IMG/VR virus record: IMGVR_UViG_3300013426_000001 | Location: 64,001 to 128,000 of that record | Length of the DNA: 64,000 nucleotides | Reading direction: 5' to 3' (one strand) | DNA from: a virus | Taxonomy: Duplodnaviria; Caudoviricetes | In this document: positions 1-9,908 of the stretch, piece after piece | Layout: every line of letters begins with the position of its first letter | Numbering within the stretch: position 1 is the first letter of the stretch | The notes under the pieces: generated by a model | The model's database searches: none | The model's input: the letters and a program-made list of their open reading frames with translations, nothing else | What the model was told of the DNA's origin: nothing | Made by a program: the position numbers and the translations under genes

Positions 1-27
1 TAAGATAGAAATCGTAGAGGTCAAGAT

Positions 28-345
28 ATGAAAAAGGTTTTAAGGAACAATAAAGAGACAAAGGAATATCTCGATTCACTGCCGAAAGCTTATATCGCAG
101 CCTGCTGGGCTGGTTGGGGCGTTCGCGGTTTCCCCTTTAGTGGAAGATATTTAGACCAGCAAAAGACAATCCCGCTTGTTTGGGATTATTGTGATTTTAA
201 CGGTGCGGCGGATGAATGGCATTTAGTCCCCATAAATCGAACTACGACTGGGATGATTATGGGCTGGTCGTTCAACGAAAAAATGTTGAGAGATTACGTA
301 AGACTTAAAAATATTGAGCGCGGTGAGGAGTGGAGAAATGGATAA
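28..345 (+). CDS. hypothetical phage protein
   Basis: ORF track; GAGG SD; co-oriented with neighbours. Confidence 0.7.
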   Translation: MKKVLRNNKETKEYLDSLPKAYIAACWAGWGVRGFPFSGRYLDQQKTIPLVWDYCDFNGAADEWHLVPINRTTTGMIMGWSFNEKMLRDYVRLKNIERGEEWRNG

Positions 346-517
346 TAATATTGCGAAAAAGTATTACAACAAATTAATCGAAAAGTGGCAGAATCGAATT
401 GACGAAATCAATTCTTGTGACGATCCTGAAAGTCATAGCAGAATGGAATGCGAAGTGCTCGAAGAAATCATTTTTCAAGTTTCGCTTGGGCTGCCATTAC
501 TATAAGGAGATAAAAAA

Positions 518-811
518 ATGAAACACGAATGTATCGAGAAATTAGCGAAACTTTTAGACGAAGCGAAAGTGCCTTATACCAGAAACCCGATTTGGGATGG
601 AGAACAGATTCGAATTGGAGTGCTTTGCGACGCTGTATGCCATAATTTTTCTTATGGTAATGAAGATGACCTTTTAGAAATTATGGGCGCCGTAACTGAA
701 GAAGAAGCAGAAGACGGTAACGTTTTGGGTTGTTTGACGCCCGAAGAAGTTGCGAAGAGATTTGAGTATTGCTATAAAAATAACACCGAGATATATCGAG
801 AGGAAGACTAA
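518..811 (+). CDS. hypothetical phage protein
   Basis: ORF with AGGAG SD. Confidence 0.7.
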   Translation: MKHECIEKLAKLLDEAKVPYTRNPIWDGEQIRIGVLCDAVCHNFSYGNEDDLLEIMGAVTEEEAEDGNVLGCLTPEEVAKRFEYCYKNNTEIYREED

Positions 812-1276
812 ATGGGAGGAATAATTGGAGCGATAATTTTTTGGACATTTATTGGCGGATTTTTTGGCACCATCGCCGTTTGTTTTATCGGCGAAGAGGT
901 TTTGTCTCGTCGTTACAAAAAGTTTTACGAAACCACGGAAGAAGGTAAGAAACTTTATTGCGCTTCATACACACTTGACCGTCTCGGGAGCAAACACGAC
1001 TGGCTTGTAAATCAAATGAGGGAATTACGTGACAAAATAAACGAATTTGAATGCTATTTCCCCGAAGAGAGTCGCGAAAAGGCGTTTTTGCATGGAATGA
1101 AAGTTCGGTATAAAGAATACTCTGATGAGCTTTATCGCACGAAAAAAGCGATGGCAGATTGGGAGGAGCGAATCAAAAAAATGGTTGCAGAGTTTCCAAA
1201 AAAATACAAAGGAATTCTCGAATATAACTGGGAATTAGCGAAAGTGGAGGTAAAGGAGGAAAGCATATGTTGGTAA
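812..1276 (+). CDS. membrane-anchored coiled-coil hypothetical protein
   Basis: N-terminal hydrophobic helix, charged helical remainder. Confidence 0.7.
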   Translation: MGGIIGAIIFWTFIGGFFGTIAVCFIGEEVLSRRYKKFYETTEEGKKLYCASYTLDRLGSKHDWLVNQMRELRDKINEFECYFPEESREKAFLHGMKVRYKEYSDELYRTKKAMADWEERIKKMVAEFPKKYKGILEYNWELAKVEVKEESICW

Positions 1277-1629
1277 AAGATTGGTTAAGCGCGATTAAGG
1301 ACGATCGGGCTGTTAGGGTTGTGACAAGTACCATTACAATGTCGGCCGCAAAAAGTAGTATAGAACGGGATTTTGGGGATTACGAATTAAAATCTGTTGA
1401 ACAAGATAAAAACACTGGGCGGTTAATTTTATACATATCTAAATTCTTATCGAACTAAAAAGGTAAGACGTTATCTTACAGAATATGAAAAAGGATATTA
1501 TGCTGCATTACATGGTGGAGTCTCTACGGATTATATAGTTGAAAATCAATCCTATTGTATGGGAACAAAAGAATGTGAGTCCTGTATTTATGGCGGTGAT
1601 AAAAGAAAGTGCGACTTTTATCCTGTTGA

Positions 1630-1647
1630 ATAAAAGCTGTATTTTAT
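1630..1647. repeat. ATAAAA-N6-TTTTAT palindromic junction site (first of about 14 copies, see findings)
   Basis: ATAAAA gctgta TTTTAT overlapping a TAA stop, just upstream of a promoter. Confidence 0.7.
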
Positions 1648-1667
1648 CATAAACTGTGCTCAAATGG

Positions 1668-1696
1668 TTGACAACTAAACCTAAATGTGTTATAAT
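1668..1696 (+). promoter_or_regulatory. sigma-A consensus promoter
   Basis: TTGACA-17-TATAAT with extended TG. Confidence 0.85.
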
Positions 1697-1869
1697 GCAG
1701 TCGTAAACAGAAAGGTGGTTGAATATGATTAAATGTAAATATTATGACGATGGTTATTGTACTGACGATAATCTTGAGTATGGGTTTTGTCAGTTATGTT
1801 CATACAGGTCTGAAGATGAAGATATGAGAGAATGTTCGGAGTATGTTATGTATGACGGAGGTCAAAAAA

Positions 1870-2214
1870 ATGATTAAAATTTGGGTTGATGATGAGAGAG
1901 AAAGACCAGAAGATTATGATTGGTGGCTAAAAACAACAATCAGCGTTATTGCTACGATAGAAGATGAATTTTGTTGGCATCCAAATCAAGAAATAATTCT
2001 GTCTTTGGATCATGATTGCGGTGATTATAAAGAATATGGTGGAGATTATATAAAAGTATTAGATTATTTAGATGAAAAATATAATTCTCACCCCTATTCT
2101 AAATTTGCTAGGTTTATTAAAAATTATATAACCTTTCATCTCCACACAGCAAATCCAGTTGGAAGAGAAAATATGAGAAGAATTATTAAAAAGAATGGTT
2201 GGAGGGAAGTATGA
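1870..2214 (+). CDS. cyclic-phosphate-processing receiver-like domain protein
   Basis: motifs IWVDDER, LSLDHD, HTANPVGRENM. Confidence 0.7.
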   Translation: MIKIWVDDERERPEDYDWWLKTTISVIATIEDEFCWHPNQEIILSLDHDCGDYKEYGGDYIKVLDYLDEKYNSHPYSKFARFIKNYITFHLHTANPVGRENMRRIIKKNGWREV

Positions 2215-2597
2215 TGAAATGTAAATTTTATTCCGCATCAGCAAACACTTGTATGCTTGACGATCCTAGACAAGAGTGCTCATGTAAAGACAAACCCAGT
2301 GAATGTTTTTTATTCGAACCAGGCGAACGGATTGAATATGGAAGCAGTAACGTATACGAAGATGAAATGAAGGCTGCAAAATTGGCTTGTCAAAAATCGT
2401 CGATAAAATTAGAGTTGGTTCAATACCCCTATTCCAAATCAGGTCCAACCGTTTATCTCGACGATTGGCTAATCGCAGGACCGAGAGCGTTCGGCATTGG
2501 GAAGACGATTGCGAGTTATGAGTTGACGGAAGGGAATTTGAAAGATATTCAGAGAATTGTGACGCGGGAGTTAAACCGTTTGCACGGAGTAGAATAA
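2211..2597 (+). CDS. hypothetical protein, Cys-rich N-terminus
   Basis: ORF, GGAGG SD. Confidence 0.65.
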   Translation: MMKCKFYSASANTCMLDDPRQECSCKDKPSECFLFEPGERIEYGSSNVYEDEMKAAKLACQKSSIKLELVQYPYSKSGPTVYLDDWLIAGPRAFGIGKTIASYELTEGNLKDIQRIVTRELNRLHGVE

Positions 2598-2648
2598 AAG
2601 AGGAATTTTAATATATTATTTTTTTTTCAAGAACTTGCGGCTAAATGC

Positions 2649-2677
2649 TTGACAAGTTCTTTTCTTTATGTTATAAT
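2649..2677 (+). promoter_or_regulatory. sigma-A consensus promoter
   Basis: TTGACA-17-TATAAT. Confidence 0.85.
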
Positions 2678-2701
2678 AAAGCCACAATCGGAGGTAGAGA
2701 T

Positions 2702-3040
2702 ATGATAGCACCAGAAATTACAAACGTTATAGCGAGATGGAATAAGGAATGCGGGGTAAAGCAAGTCGGGGTTAAATTGCGCGGTTATGGCGAGGGAAGG
2801 TATCGACTTGAAATTTATACTGACAGACCAGGTTTTCTAATTGGGAAGGCAGGTTGCATAATCAATAGATATACCGAAGAGTTGAAAGGGCTTGCGAAAG
2901 AAATTCCTTGGAGAATAACAGAAGTTGAAATACACGAAATTCAACAAATAGTTGGGCAGGAAGAAATTGACGTGGCACAATATTATAAACAGTTTATAGA
3001 CTACGATTTGGAAGATAACGGCGAAATAATGCCGATATGA
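2702..3040 (+). CDS. KH-domain protein resembling ribosomal protein S3 N-terminal KH
   Basis: IYTDRPGFLIGKAG matches the S3-type RPGxxIGKxG motif; start after GGAGG. Confidence 0.65.
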   Translation: MIAPEITNVIARWNKECGVKQVGVKLRGYGEGRYRLEIYTDRPGFLIGKAGCIINRYTEELKGLAKEIPWRITEVEIHEIQQIVGQEEIDVAQYYKQFIDYDLEDNGEIMPI

Positions 3041-3070
3041 TAAAACGGCTGTTTTATTGGGAGGTAAATT

Positions 3071-3769
3071 ATGAAAGAATTTAAAGGCGTGTGGCACAAA
3101 GTAGCGGACGGAGATTTGCCAGAACTCGAAGAATTAGTTTTAATTGCATTTAAGGATGGAGGTTTAGGAACCACGATTGGTTATCTGAAGGAATACAATA
3201 TTTATAAAACTTGGCAGATTCAGGATAAAATTATAGGAACTCGAAAGGGCTGGGCTACAATTGATTATGAGACATTTGGATTCAATGAGGTTGTTGCTTG
3301 GATGGAATTACCCGAATATGAAGAGGAACAGAAATTGTTTTTAAATTCAAAATCATATAAGGTTGATAATGATAAATTACAGACCGTAATCTTCTACCAG
3401 AATAGGGGAGAATGGAAGTTATGTTGTAAGGGTGAAGGGTTTTCTGACGCAGTGTCAATTGAATTTGATAAGGTAATTCTTAATATAAAAAATTTAGAGT
3501 TTGATTCTGAGTTTGCCAAATCTCACGATATAACCGATAAATGGGATAGAGGATTTCGATTCAAAGTTTTGTTTAAAGGAATGAGTACATCTATTGACGG
3601 AAAACACCCCATTGATATACTTTGTAATAATTGCGAAATTTTGTACAAGGAGAACAATTCTTTAGTTTTAGAGGCGTTACACGATGAAAATGGTGAAAAG
3701 ATGCAGCTGATTATTGAAGATAATGGCAATTATAAAAAAATAACAGCTTTATCAGGAGAGTCAAAATGA
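3071..3769 (+). CDS. DUF551-like N-terminal domain protein
   Basis: WHKVADGDLPE...VVAWMELP pattern. Confidence 0.55.
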   Translation: MKEFKGVWHKVADGDLPELEELVLIAFKDGGLGTTIGYLKEYNIYKTWQIQDKIIGTRKGWATIDYETFGFNEVVAWMELPEYEEEQKLFLNSKSYKVDNDKLQTVIFYQNRGEWKLCCKGEGFSDAVSIEFDKVILNIKNLEFDSEFAKSHDITDKWDRGFRFKVLFKGMSTSIDGKHPIDILCNNCEILYKENNSLVLEALHDENGEKMQLIIEDNGNYKKITALSGESK

Positions 3770-3824
3770 AGTGCGGAACAATTCCTGTATAATGAAATAG
3801 TAGATTTATTGTGCGGAGGTTAAA

Positions 3825-4088
3825 ATGGAAGTTATCGTAGGCGGCTTACCGAAAAAAGAAGTGGAGCGTGGAGAGGTCGAAAAAATCGCAGAGAAAAATA
3901 GAACCCCGATTAAAAGAATAATAACAACCAAAGAGGGTTGGTGCGAAGATGTAATTTATTACTCAGAAGAAGTATCGACAATTGTTGATTGTGTTGAATA
4001 TTACTCTTATTATAGTTGCACGAAATACAAATGCGGTGTTCCATCGTGGCTGCGAGAACAGCTTGGTTATGATAAAAAAGAAGGGTAA
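3825..4088 (+). CDS. hypothetical protein
   Basis: ORF, GGAGG SD. Confidence 0.65.
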   Translation: MEVIVGGLPKKEVERGEVEKIAEKNRTPIKRIITTKEGWCEDVIYYSEEVSTIVDCVEYYSYYSCTKYKCGVPSWLREQLGYDKKEG

Positions 4089-4091
4089 GTT

Positions 4092-4343
4092 ATGGAAGTT
4101 GGATTGATTGGTTCGTATTGGGGAATGCGAAGATTTTGTTATGAAAACGGGGTTTTTATAACCTCCCACAACAAAGCGGTATCCCGCGATGGGAAAACGA
4201 GATACAGACTCTTGGATAGGGAAGAAGATTTGGAAGGACGAGAATTCAACGAGGCAATAATGCTCGAAGAACGTTTAGATGTAACCGACGAAGAAAAAGA
4301 AAGGCATAAAAGAATTTTTCAAAGACTTAATGCGCGGAGGTAG
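4092..4343 (+). CDS. hypothetical protein
   Basis: ORF in operon. Confidence 0.6.
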   Translation: MEVGLIGSYWGMRRFCYENGVFITSHNKAVSRDGKTRYRLLDREEDLEGREFNEAIMLEERLDVTDEEKERHKRIFQRLNARR

Positions 4344-4345
4344 TT

Positions 4346-5314
4346 GTGGGGAAATTTATTGATATGACTGGAACCGAATTCGGTGATTATATAGTAGACT
4401 CTTTTGATGATACAAAGGGTAAATATAAGTATTATTGGAATTGTCATTGCAAGAAATGCGGCGCAAAAAAGTCTATTGCATCTTCAAGTATAAAAGATGG
4501 TAAAAGTGTAAGGTGTAATGTTTGTAATGAGGATTTCGGCAGAAGAGAAGTTTGTGGTTTCCATAAAGATTTGACGGGCAAAAAATTCGGTAGTCTTACG
4601 GTTATCAAATATGCTTATTCAAAAGAGACGCGTTCTTATTGGGTTTGCGGATGCGATTGTGGAAATACTTGTACGGTATCTATAAGCTTCTTAAAAAGAA
4701 GCATCAATTTGATGTGTTCTAAATGTATCGAGAAGTTTTCCGATATAAATAATGTATTAGAAGATAATAATAGAGATATCGACAGAAGAATTATTAACAA
4801 AATTAAATTTACTAATTGTAAATCAAACAAATACATATTTTTAGAAGATAGAATAATTATCAATGATATGATCATTATAGACAAAGAAGATTTTAATTTT
4901 ATTGATAGTTTTGGAAGATATATATCGATTGATACTCGCGGATATGCGTATTTTTCATATGGAAGTAAAGACGTATATTTGCATAGGTTATTATCCAAAG
5001 CGCCGTTATTTTGCGAAAATTTCGAAACTGATATTTGCGATCATATCAACGGTAATAGATTAGATAATCGTAAAGTCAATTTAAGGATAATCAAACGTTC
5101 GGTTAATCCTGTAAATTGTGGTATTCGAACCGATAATAAAAGTGGTTGTAAAGGTGTTTCCTGGTTAGAACGATTAAAGAAATGGCAAGTAAATATACAA
5201 TTTCAAAAACAAAATCACTATATAGGCGTGTTTGAGAATTTTGAAGACGCTGTTAAAGCAAGAAAAGAAGCCGAGATTAAATATTTCGGACATTTAAACA
5301 GGAGTAATTTATGA
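4346..5314 (+). CDS. free-standing HNH/AP2 homing endonuclease
   Basis: two DLTGxxFG...WxCxCxCG repeats, DHINGNRLDNRKVNLR HNH core, C-terminal AP2 (GVSW...YIGVF...ARKEAE). Confidence 0.9.
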   Translation: MGKFIDMTGTEFGDYIVDSFDDTKGKYKYYWNCHCKKCGAKKSIASSSIKDGKSVRCNVCNEDFGRREVCGFHKDLTGKKFGSLTVIKYAYSKETRSYWVCGCDCGNTCTVSISFLKRSINLMCSKCIEKFSDINNVLEDNNRDIDRRIINKIKFTNCKSNKYIFLEDRIIINDMIIIDKEDFNFIDSFGRYISIDTRGYAYFSYGSKDVYLHRLLSKAPLFCENFETDICDHINGNRLDNRKVNLRIIKRSVNPVNCGIRTDNKSGCKGVSWLERLKKWQVNIQFQKQNHYIGVFENFEDAVKARKEAEIKYFGHLNRSNL

Positions 5315-8300
5315 GGTATATTAATTTCCACCGCCATTCCATGTACAGCAATTTGCGTAGTTTGGATTGTGTTGTCAAACCCGAAGAATATATGAAAAGG
5401 GCGGTAGAGCTTGGGCAAAAGGAATATGTCACGACCGAGCATGGGTTTCAAGGAAATATCTTTGAGGCCTATACGCTGTGCCAGCAATACGGCTTAAAGT
5501 GTATATATGGGGTAGAAGCATATTATGCCGATGATGCGACCGATAAAACGGAACGCAGTGCCTTCCATATTATACTTGTTGCTTTAACTGAAAAGGCGCG
5601 TCGCGAAATCAATAAGATTATGTCTTGGGCAAATACGGATGGGTTTTATTACAAACCTCGTATCGATTTGAAGTGCTTGCTCTCTTTGACACCGACTGAT
5701 ACACTTGTCACAACGGCTTGTATTGCGAGTAGAATGTTTAAAGATGGTTGGAAAGAAAAGTTTTTTGAACCAGTATATAAGCATTTTGGTAAGAACTTTT
5801 ATCTTGAAACGCAAGCACATACGCATCCGCGCCAAGTCGAGTATAATAAGAAGATAATCCGACTGCATCGCGAACTCGGAATTCCTATTATCCACGCCAA
5901 CGACTCTCATTACATCAAACCAGAAGACGCAAAATATCGTGATTTATTCTTAAAAGCAAAAGGGATAGAATATGCGGATGAAGAAGGGTTTATCCTTGAT
6001 TATCCCGATAGCGACACGATATTACAAAGATATAAAGAGCAGGGCGTTTTAACCGAGCAGGAAGCCATTGCGGCGCTCGAAAACACCTTAATTATTGATA
6101 AGGCAGAAGGTATTCATTTAGATAAAGAATTCAAAATACCGAAAGTTGTAGAAGGCGATAGCAATAAAGAATTAAAAAGGCTTATTAACGAAGGTTGGAA
6201 AAAGGAAAGAGAAAATGTTCCTCGAGAAAGGTGGACCGAATATATTGAACAAATAAAATACGAATATAAAATAGTTGAAGATTGTGGAATGGCGGATTAC
6301 TTTATATTAGACCATTACGTCGTACAGAAAGCCGTTAAAGATTATGGGGCAATTTTAACTCGGACGGGAAGAGGAAGTGCAGTTTCTTTCTACATAAACA
6401 AACTACTTGGTTTGACCGAAGTTGATAGAATTGCTGCCCCAATAACTTTGTATCCGACACGTTTTATGTCCGCCGAACGTATTTTAAGTTCGCGTTCCAT
6501 TCCTGATATCGATCTCAATTTTTTCGAGGTAAAACCAGTTATTCAGGCCAGCAAAGATATTTTGGGGCAAGACGGTATTTATTATATGGTTGCTTACAAA
6601 CCTTTACAAGAATCTTCTGCTTTTAGATTGTGGTGTAAAGCACAGGGTCTCGACATAAAAGAATATGATGAAGTTGCAAAAGAACTTGAAAATCATTTAG
6701 AAGATTCAAAATGGAAAGATTTGATAGAAGACAGCAAAATTTTTCGAGGCGTAATTGAATCTGTTGCTCCATCTCCTTGCAGTTTTTTATTAAGTAATGA
6801 TAAAATATCGGAAGCCATTGGTCTTATTAAGGTCGGAGAAGAAATGTGTTGTTGTCTTGATGGATATAATTGCGATTGTTATAAATGGCTTAAAAACGAC
6901 TATTTAACTGTTTCGGTTTATGGTATTATCGATCGAGTTTATAAAATGATAGGTCGACCAATCGATAGCATTCCTACACTTATAAAGAATTGCGGTCCCG
7001 AAGTTTGGGATATTTATGCAAAGGGATTAACAACAACCATAAACCAAGCGGATTCGGATTATGATAAACAAATTTTAAAAAAATATAAACCGCAAAATCT
7101 TGCTGAAATGTCCGCGTATGTCGCTGCGATTCGTCCTGGGTTTGCTTCGCTTCTTAATAACTTTATCGAACGTAAACCTTATACGACAGGCGTAAAAGAA
7201 CTCGATGATATATTGCAAGATTCATTCCATTATTTGATGTATCAAGAATCAATTATGAAATATTTGGTTTGGTTGGGTATTGAAGAAAAGGGAACTTATG
7301 ATATTATAAAAAAAATAGCGAAGAAGAAATTTAAAGAAGAAGAGTTAAATGCGTTAAAAGAGAAACTTCTCACTTCTTGGGAAAAGAAAATAGGAACAAA
7401 AGAAGGGTTTGCGGAAACTTGGCAAGTTATCGAAGATGCTTCTCGATACAGTTTTAACGCATCGCATTCGCTTTCAGTCGCTTTAGATTCTATGTATGGT
7501 GCTTATCTTAAATCGCATTATCCTATTGAATATTTTACCGTAACGCTTACGATGTATTCTGGCGATATGGATAGAACGGCAAATCTAATTGCGGAACTGC
7601 CTTTCTTCAACATTAAACTCAAAGATATTTCATTCGGTCACTCAAAGTCAGGTTACAATATGGACAAATCCACTAATACCATTTACAAAGGAATGGAATC
7701 CATAAAGTACATGAACGCTTCGGTTTCCGATACGCTTTATGGGCTTTCGCAAACGAAGAAATACAACAACTTCCTCGAACTGCTCAAAGACTTTCCAGGC
7801 GATTCCCGCCAGTTGGATATTCTGATAAAGCTCGGTTACTTCGATTGTTTCGGAACACCGCAGAAGCTCTTATCAATCGTTGATATTTACAACACCTATT
7901 CAGGCAAAAAGCTTCTCAAAAAAGAAACCTGTTCCCTTCCCCGCGAAACGATACTTCAATTCGCGACGGAGACTGACAAGCAGTATCGTATAACCGATTC
8001 CGAAGGGCTCGTTTCTTACCTCTGTGAACACGCCAAGCCGAAGGAATTCACTCTTTCCGAGCGCTTGGCTTGCGAGTTGGAATATTTGGGGTATTTAAGC
8101 TTTAAGAGCACAGACGCGAGAGATAAATACAACGGTTATGTTTGCTCGGCTGACACAAAGTTTTCACCAAAAATTACGGTTTATAACCTTTATACAGGCA
8201 AAACCGAAATAATCAAATGCTACAAAAAAACCTTCGCCGAGCAGCCGCTCGCAAAAGGCATGATTATCACTTATTACACCGAGAGCAAGCAAAGAAGCCG

Positions 8301-8403
8301 AATGAACCCCGAAACAAAGCAGTGGGAAAAAGTTCCCAACGAGTTCGAACAGTGGTTTAAATGGTATCAAATACGAGAATTACCTCCTAAGGAGACAAAA
8401 TAA
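5311..8403 (+). CDS. dnaE: DNA polymerase III alpha subunit (phage DnaE, PHP plus polymerase core)
   Basis: HRHSMYS/TEHG/NDSHY PHP motifs, GRGSA, PDIDLNF, KNDYL, YSFNASHS. Confidence 0.95.
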   Translation: MRYINFHRHSMYSNLRSLDCVVKPEEYMKRAVELGQKEYVTTEHGFQGNIFEAYTLCQQYGLKCIYGVEAYYADDATDKTERSAFHIILVALTEKARREINKIMSWANTDGFYYKPRIDLKCLLSLTPTDTLVTTACIASRMFKDGWKEKFFEPVYKHFGKNFYLETQAHTHPRQVEYNKKIIRLHRELGIPIIHANDSHYIKPEDAKYRDLFLKAKGIEYADEEGFILDYPDSDTILQRYKEQGVLTEQEAIAALENTLIIDKAEGIHLDKEFKIPKVVEGDSNKELKRLINEGWKKERENVPRERWTEYIEQIKYEYKIVEDCGMADYFILDHYVVQKAVKDYGAILTRTGRGSAVSFYINKLLGLTEVDRIAAPITLYPTRFMSAERILSSRSIPDIDLNFFEVKPVIQASKDILGQDGIYYMVAYKPLQESSAFRLWCKAQGLDIKEYDEVAKELENHLEDSKWKDLIEDSKIFRGVIESVAPSPCSFLLSNDKISEAIGLIKVGEEMCCCLDGYNCDCYKWLKNDYLTVSVYGIIDRVYKMIGRPIDSIPTLIKNCGPEVWDIYAKGLTTTINQADSDYDKQILKKYKPQNLAEMSAYVAAIRPGFASLLNNFIERKPYTTGVKELDDILQDSFHYLMYQESIMKYLVWLGIEEKGTYDIIKKIAKKKFKEEELNALKEKLLTSWEKKIGTKEGFAETWQVIEDASRYSFNASHSLSVALDSMYGAYLKSHYPIEYFTVTLTMYSGDMDRTANLIAELPFFNIKLKDISFGHSKSGYNMDKSTNTIYKGMESIKYMNASVSDTLYGLSQTKKYNNFLELLKDFPGDSRQLDILIKLGYFDCFGTPQKLLSIVDIYNTYSGKKLLKKETCSLPRETILQFATETDKQYRITDSEGLVSYLCEHAKPKEFTLSERLACELEYLGYLSFKSTDARDKYNGYVCSADTKFSPKITVYNLYTGKTEIIKCYKKTFAEQPLAKGMIITYYTESKQRSRMNPETKQWEKVPNEFEQWFKWYQIRELPPKETK

Positions 8404-9410
8404 TGGCAGTTAAAAAACCAACAAGATTTTCATACAGTAGGCTAAATCAAATGGAGAATTGTCCGTTTGCCTACTACTTAAAATACGAACAAAAGCATTG
8501 GCCCAAGGACAGTGCCTTAACAATGGAGTATGGCAATTTGTGCCATTATGTCCTCGAAACAATCGGTAATTGCATAAAAGACGGCAAAGAAATTCCCTAC
8601 GAAAAGCTCACCGAAGATTTTTGGAATATCGAATTACACACCCAAGAAAACGGGAAGAAAAAAGAGGATATACTCGGAGCTAATCTTCTCGCCAAGAAAT
8701 ACCCCGAAGCGTGGGTAAAACCCAGCCGCGCAGGGAAGACTTACGTGGAAAAGGCGAAATACTTCGCGGCGATTGGAATGTATCGCTTGGAATGGTATAT
8801 GCAAGATCACCCCGAACTTGAAATCGTCGGCTGCGAAGTTCCGTTCGAGTTTAAGTATAACGATAATTATACCTTTTTCGGGTATATCGACCGTTTACTT
8901 AAAGTTAAAGGGCAGAATAAGTTTGTAATTCACGATATAAAAACCAAAGACAAAGAATTTCGAAGGGAGGATTTGGCGACACCGTTGCAGTTCGTGATTT
9001 ACGTTTTATCGCAGCAAAAGGTTTACGGCGAAGACGCAGAGTTTGAATGTTGTTACGATTTGCCTTTCGCAGGTGAAGACGGCGTTTGGCAGTCGGCGTT
9101 GACAAAAGGCGGGATAAAGCGCGGGCTTACAAAAATCGACAAGCTTTTTGCTAAAATCGAGAATAAAGAATGGAAGCCGTCGCCGAGTATTTTGTGCGCT
9201 TGGTGTCCGTTCAGTGCGAATAACCCTGACCAACCCGAAGATTGCAAGAATTTGTGCTGTTATTACAACCTTTCAACACAAGATGAGTTCGACACTTATC
9301 ACGTGAAAATGGAATGGAAAGGAATGGACAAACACTTTATTCAAATGAAAAAATTCACGGCGTTACAAGCGATCGACGAAGCAATTGACGATGATGATTT
9401 CGAAATTTAA
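8403..9410 (+). CDS. PD-(D/E)XK Cas4/AddB-like exonuclease
   Basis: SYSRL..CP, GYIDRL, DIKT, QFVIY, C-terminal CAWCPF..C. Confidence 0.85.
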   Translation: MAVKKPTRFSYSRLNQMENCPFAYYLKYEQKHWPKDSALTMEYGNLCHYVLETIGNCIKDGKEIPYEKLTEDFWNIELHTQENGKKKEDILGANLLAKKYPEAWVKPSRAGKTYVEKAKYFAAIGMYRLEWYMQDHPELEIVGCEVPFEFKYNDNYTFFGYIDRLLKVKGQNKFVIHDIKTKDKEFRREDLATPLQFVIYVLSQQKVYGEDAEFECCYDLPFAGEDGVWQSALTKGGIKRGLTKIDKLFAKIENKEWKPSPSILCAWCPFSANNPDQPEDCKNLCCYYNLSTQDEFDTYHVKMEWKGMDKHFIQMKKFTALQAIDEAIDDDDFEI

Positions 9411-9421
9411 GGAGAGTTAAA

Positions 9422-9673
9422 ATGAAAGATAAAGAATTTGATAAAAAAATAGAACAAGTCGAGAATTATGTTAAAAGCGAAATGGATAAAGTCGTCGAAG
9501 ATTTCATGGCGGGGCATTTCAAAGAAACATCGCCCGAATATAGTCGTGAAAAAATACAGCCAAAACTTCCAGATGATCTATATAAACCAATGACCGATGA
9601 AGACATAGTGGCTATGATTTATGCAATACAAGATTGCGCTATAAAAATTCAAAATAAGCATAAGAAGGACTAA
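9422..9673 (+). CDS. hypothetical protein
   Basis: ORF, AGGAG SD. Confidence 0.65.
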   Translation: MKDKEFDKKIEQVENYVKSEMDKVVEDFMAGHFKETSPEYSREKIQPKLPDDLYKPMTDEDIVAMIYAIQDCAIKIQNKHKKD

Positions 9674-9674
9674 A

Positions 9675-9863
9675 ATGGAATACGACGAATTGATAGAGAA
9701 AATTAAAGAAGCGCTCAAAATCACCCGCAAACTTGAAATTTACGAAAAGGCGGATTTGCAAGCCATCCTCAAAGAAGCTTGGCGAGACGGTTACGATACA
9801 GGTTTCGACGAAGCAGAAGAAGACGCGAGAGAAAAATACAATTTTTATGTTAAACGGCGTTAA
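9675..9863 (+). CDS. hypothetical protein
   Basis: ORF in operon. Confidence 0.6.
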   Translation: MEYDELIEKIKEALKITRKLEIYEKADLQAILKEAWRDGYDTGFDEAEEDAREKYNFYVKRR

Positions 9864-9868
9864 AACGC

Positions 9869-9897
9869 TTGACAAACAAATTTTGATGTGATATAAT
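9869..9897 (+). promoter_or_regulatory. sigma-A promoter driving tnpB
   Basis: AAAACGC-TTGACA-17-TATAAT. Confidence 0.85.
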
Positions 9898-9908
9898 GAA
9901 GATAAGAA

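Noticed and set aside
8403-9410. CRISPR-Cas locus around the Cas4-like gene
   Set aside because: No repeat-spacer array or other cas genes seen; solo Cas4-like nucleases are common beside phage polymerases.
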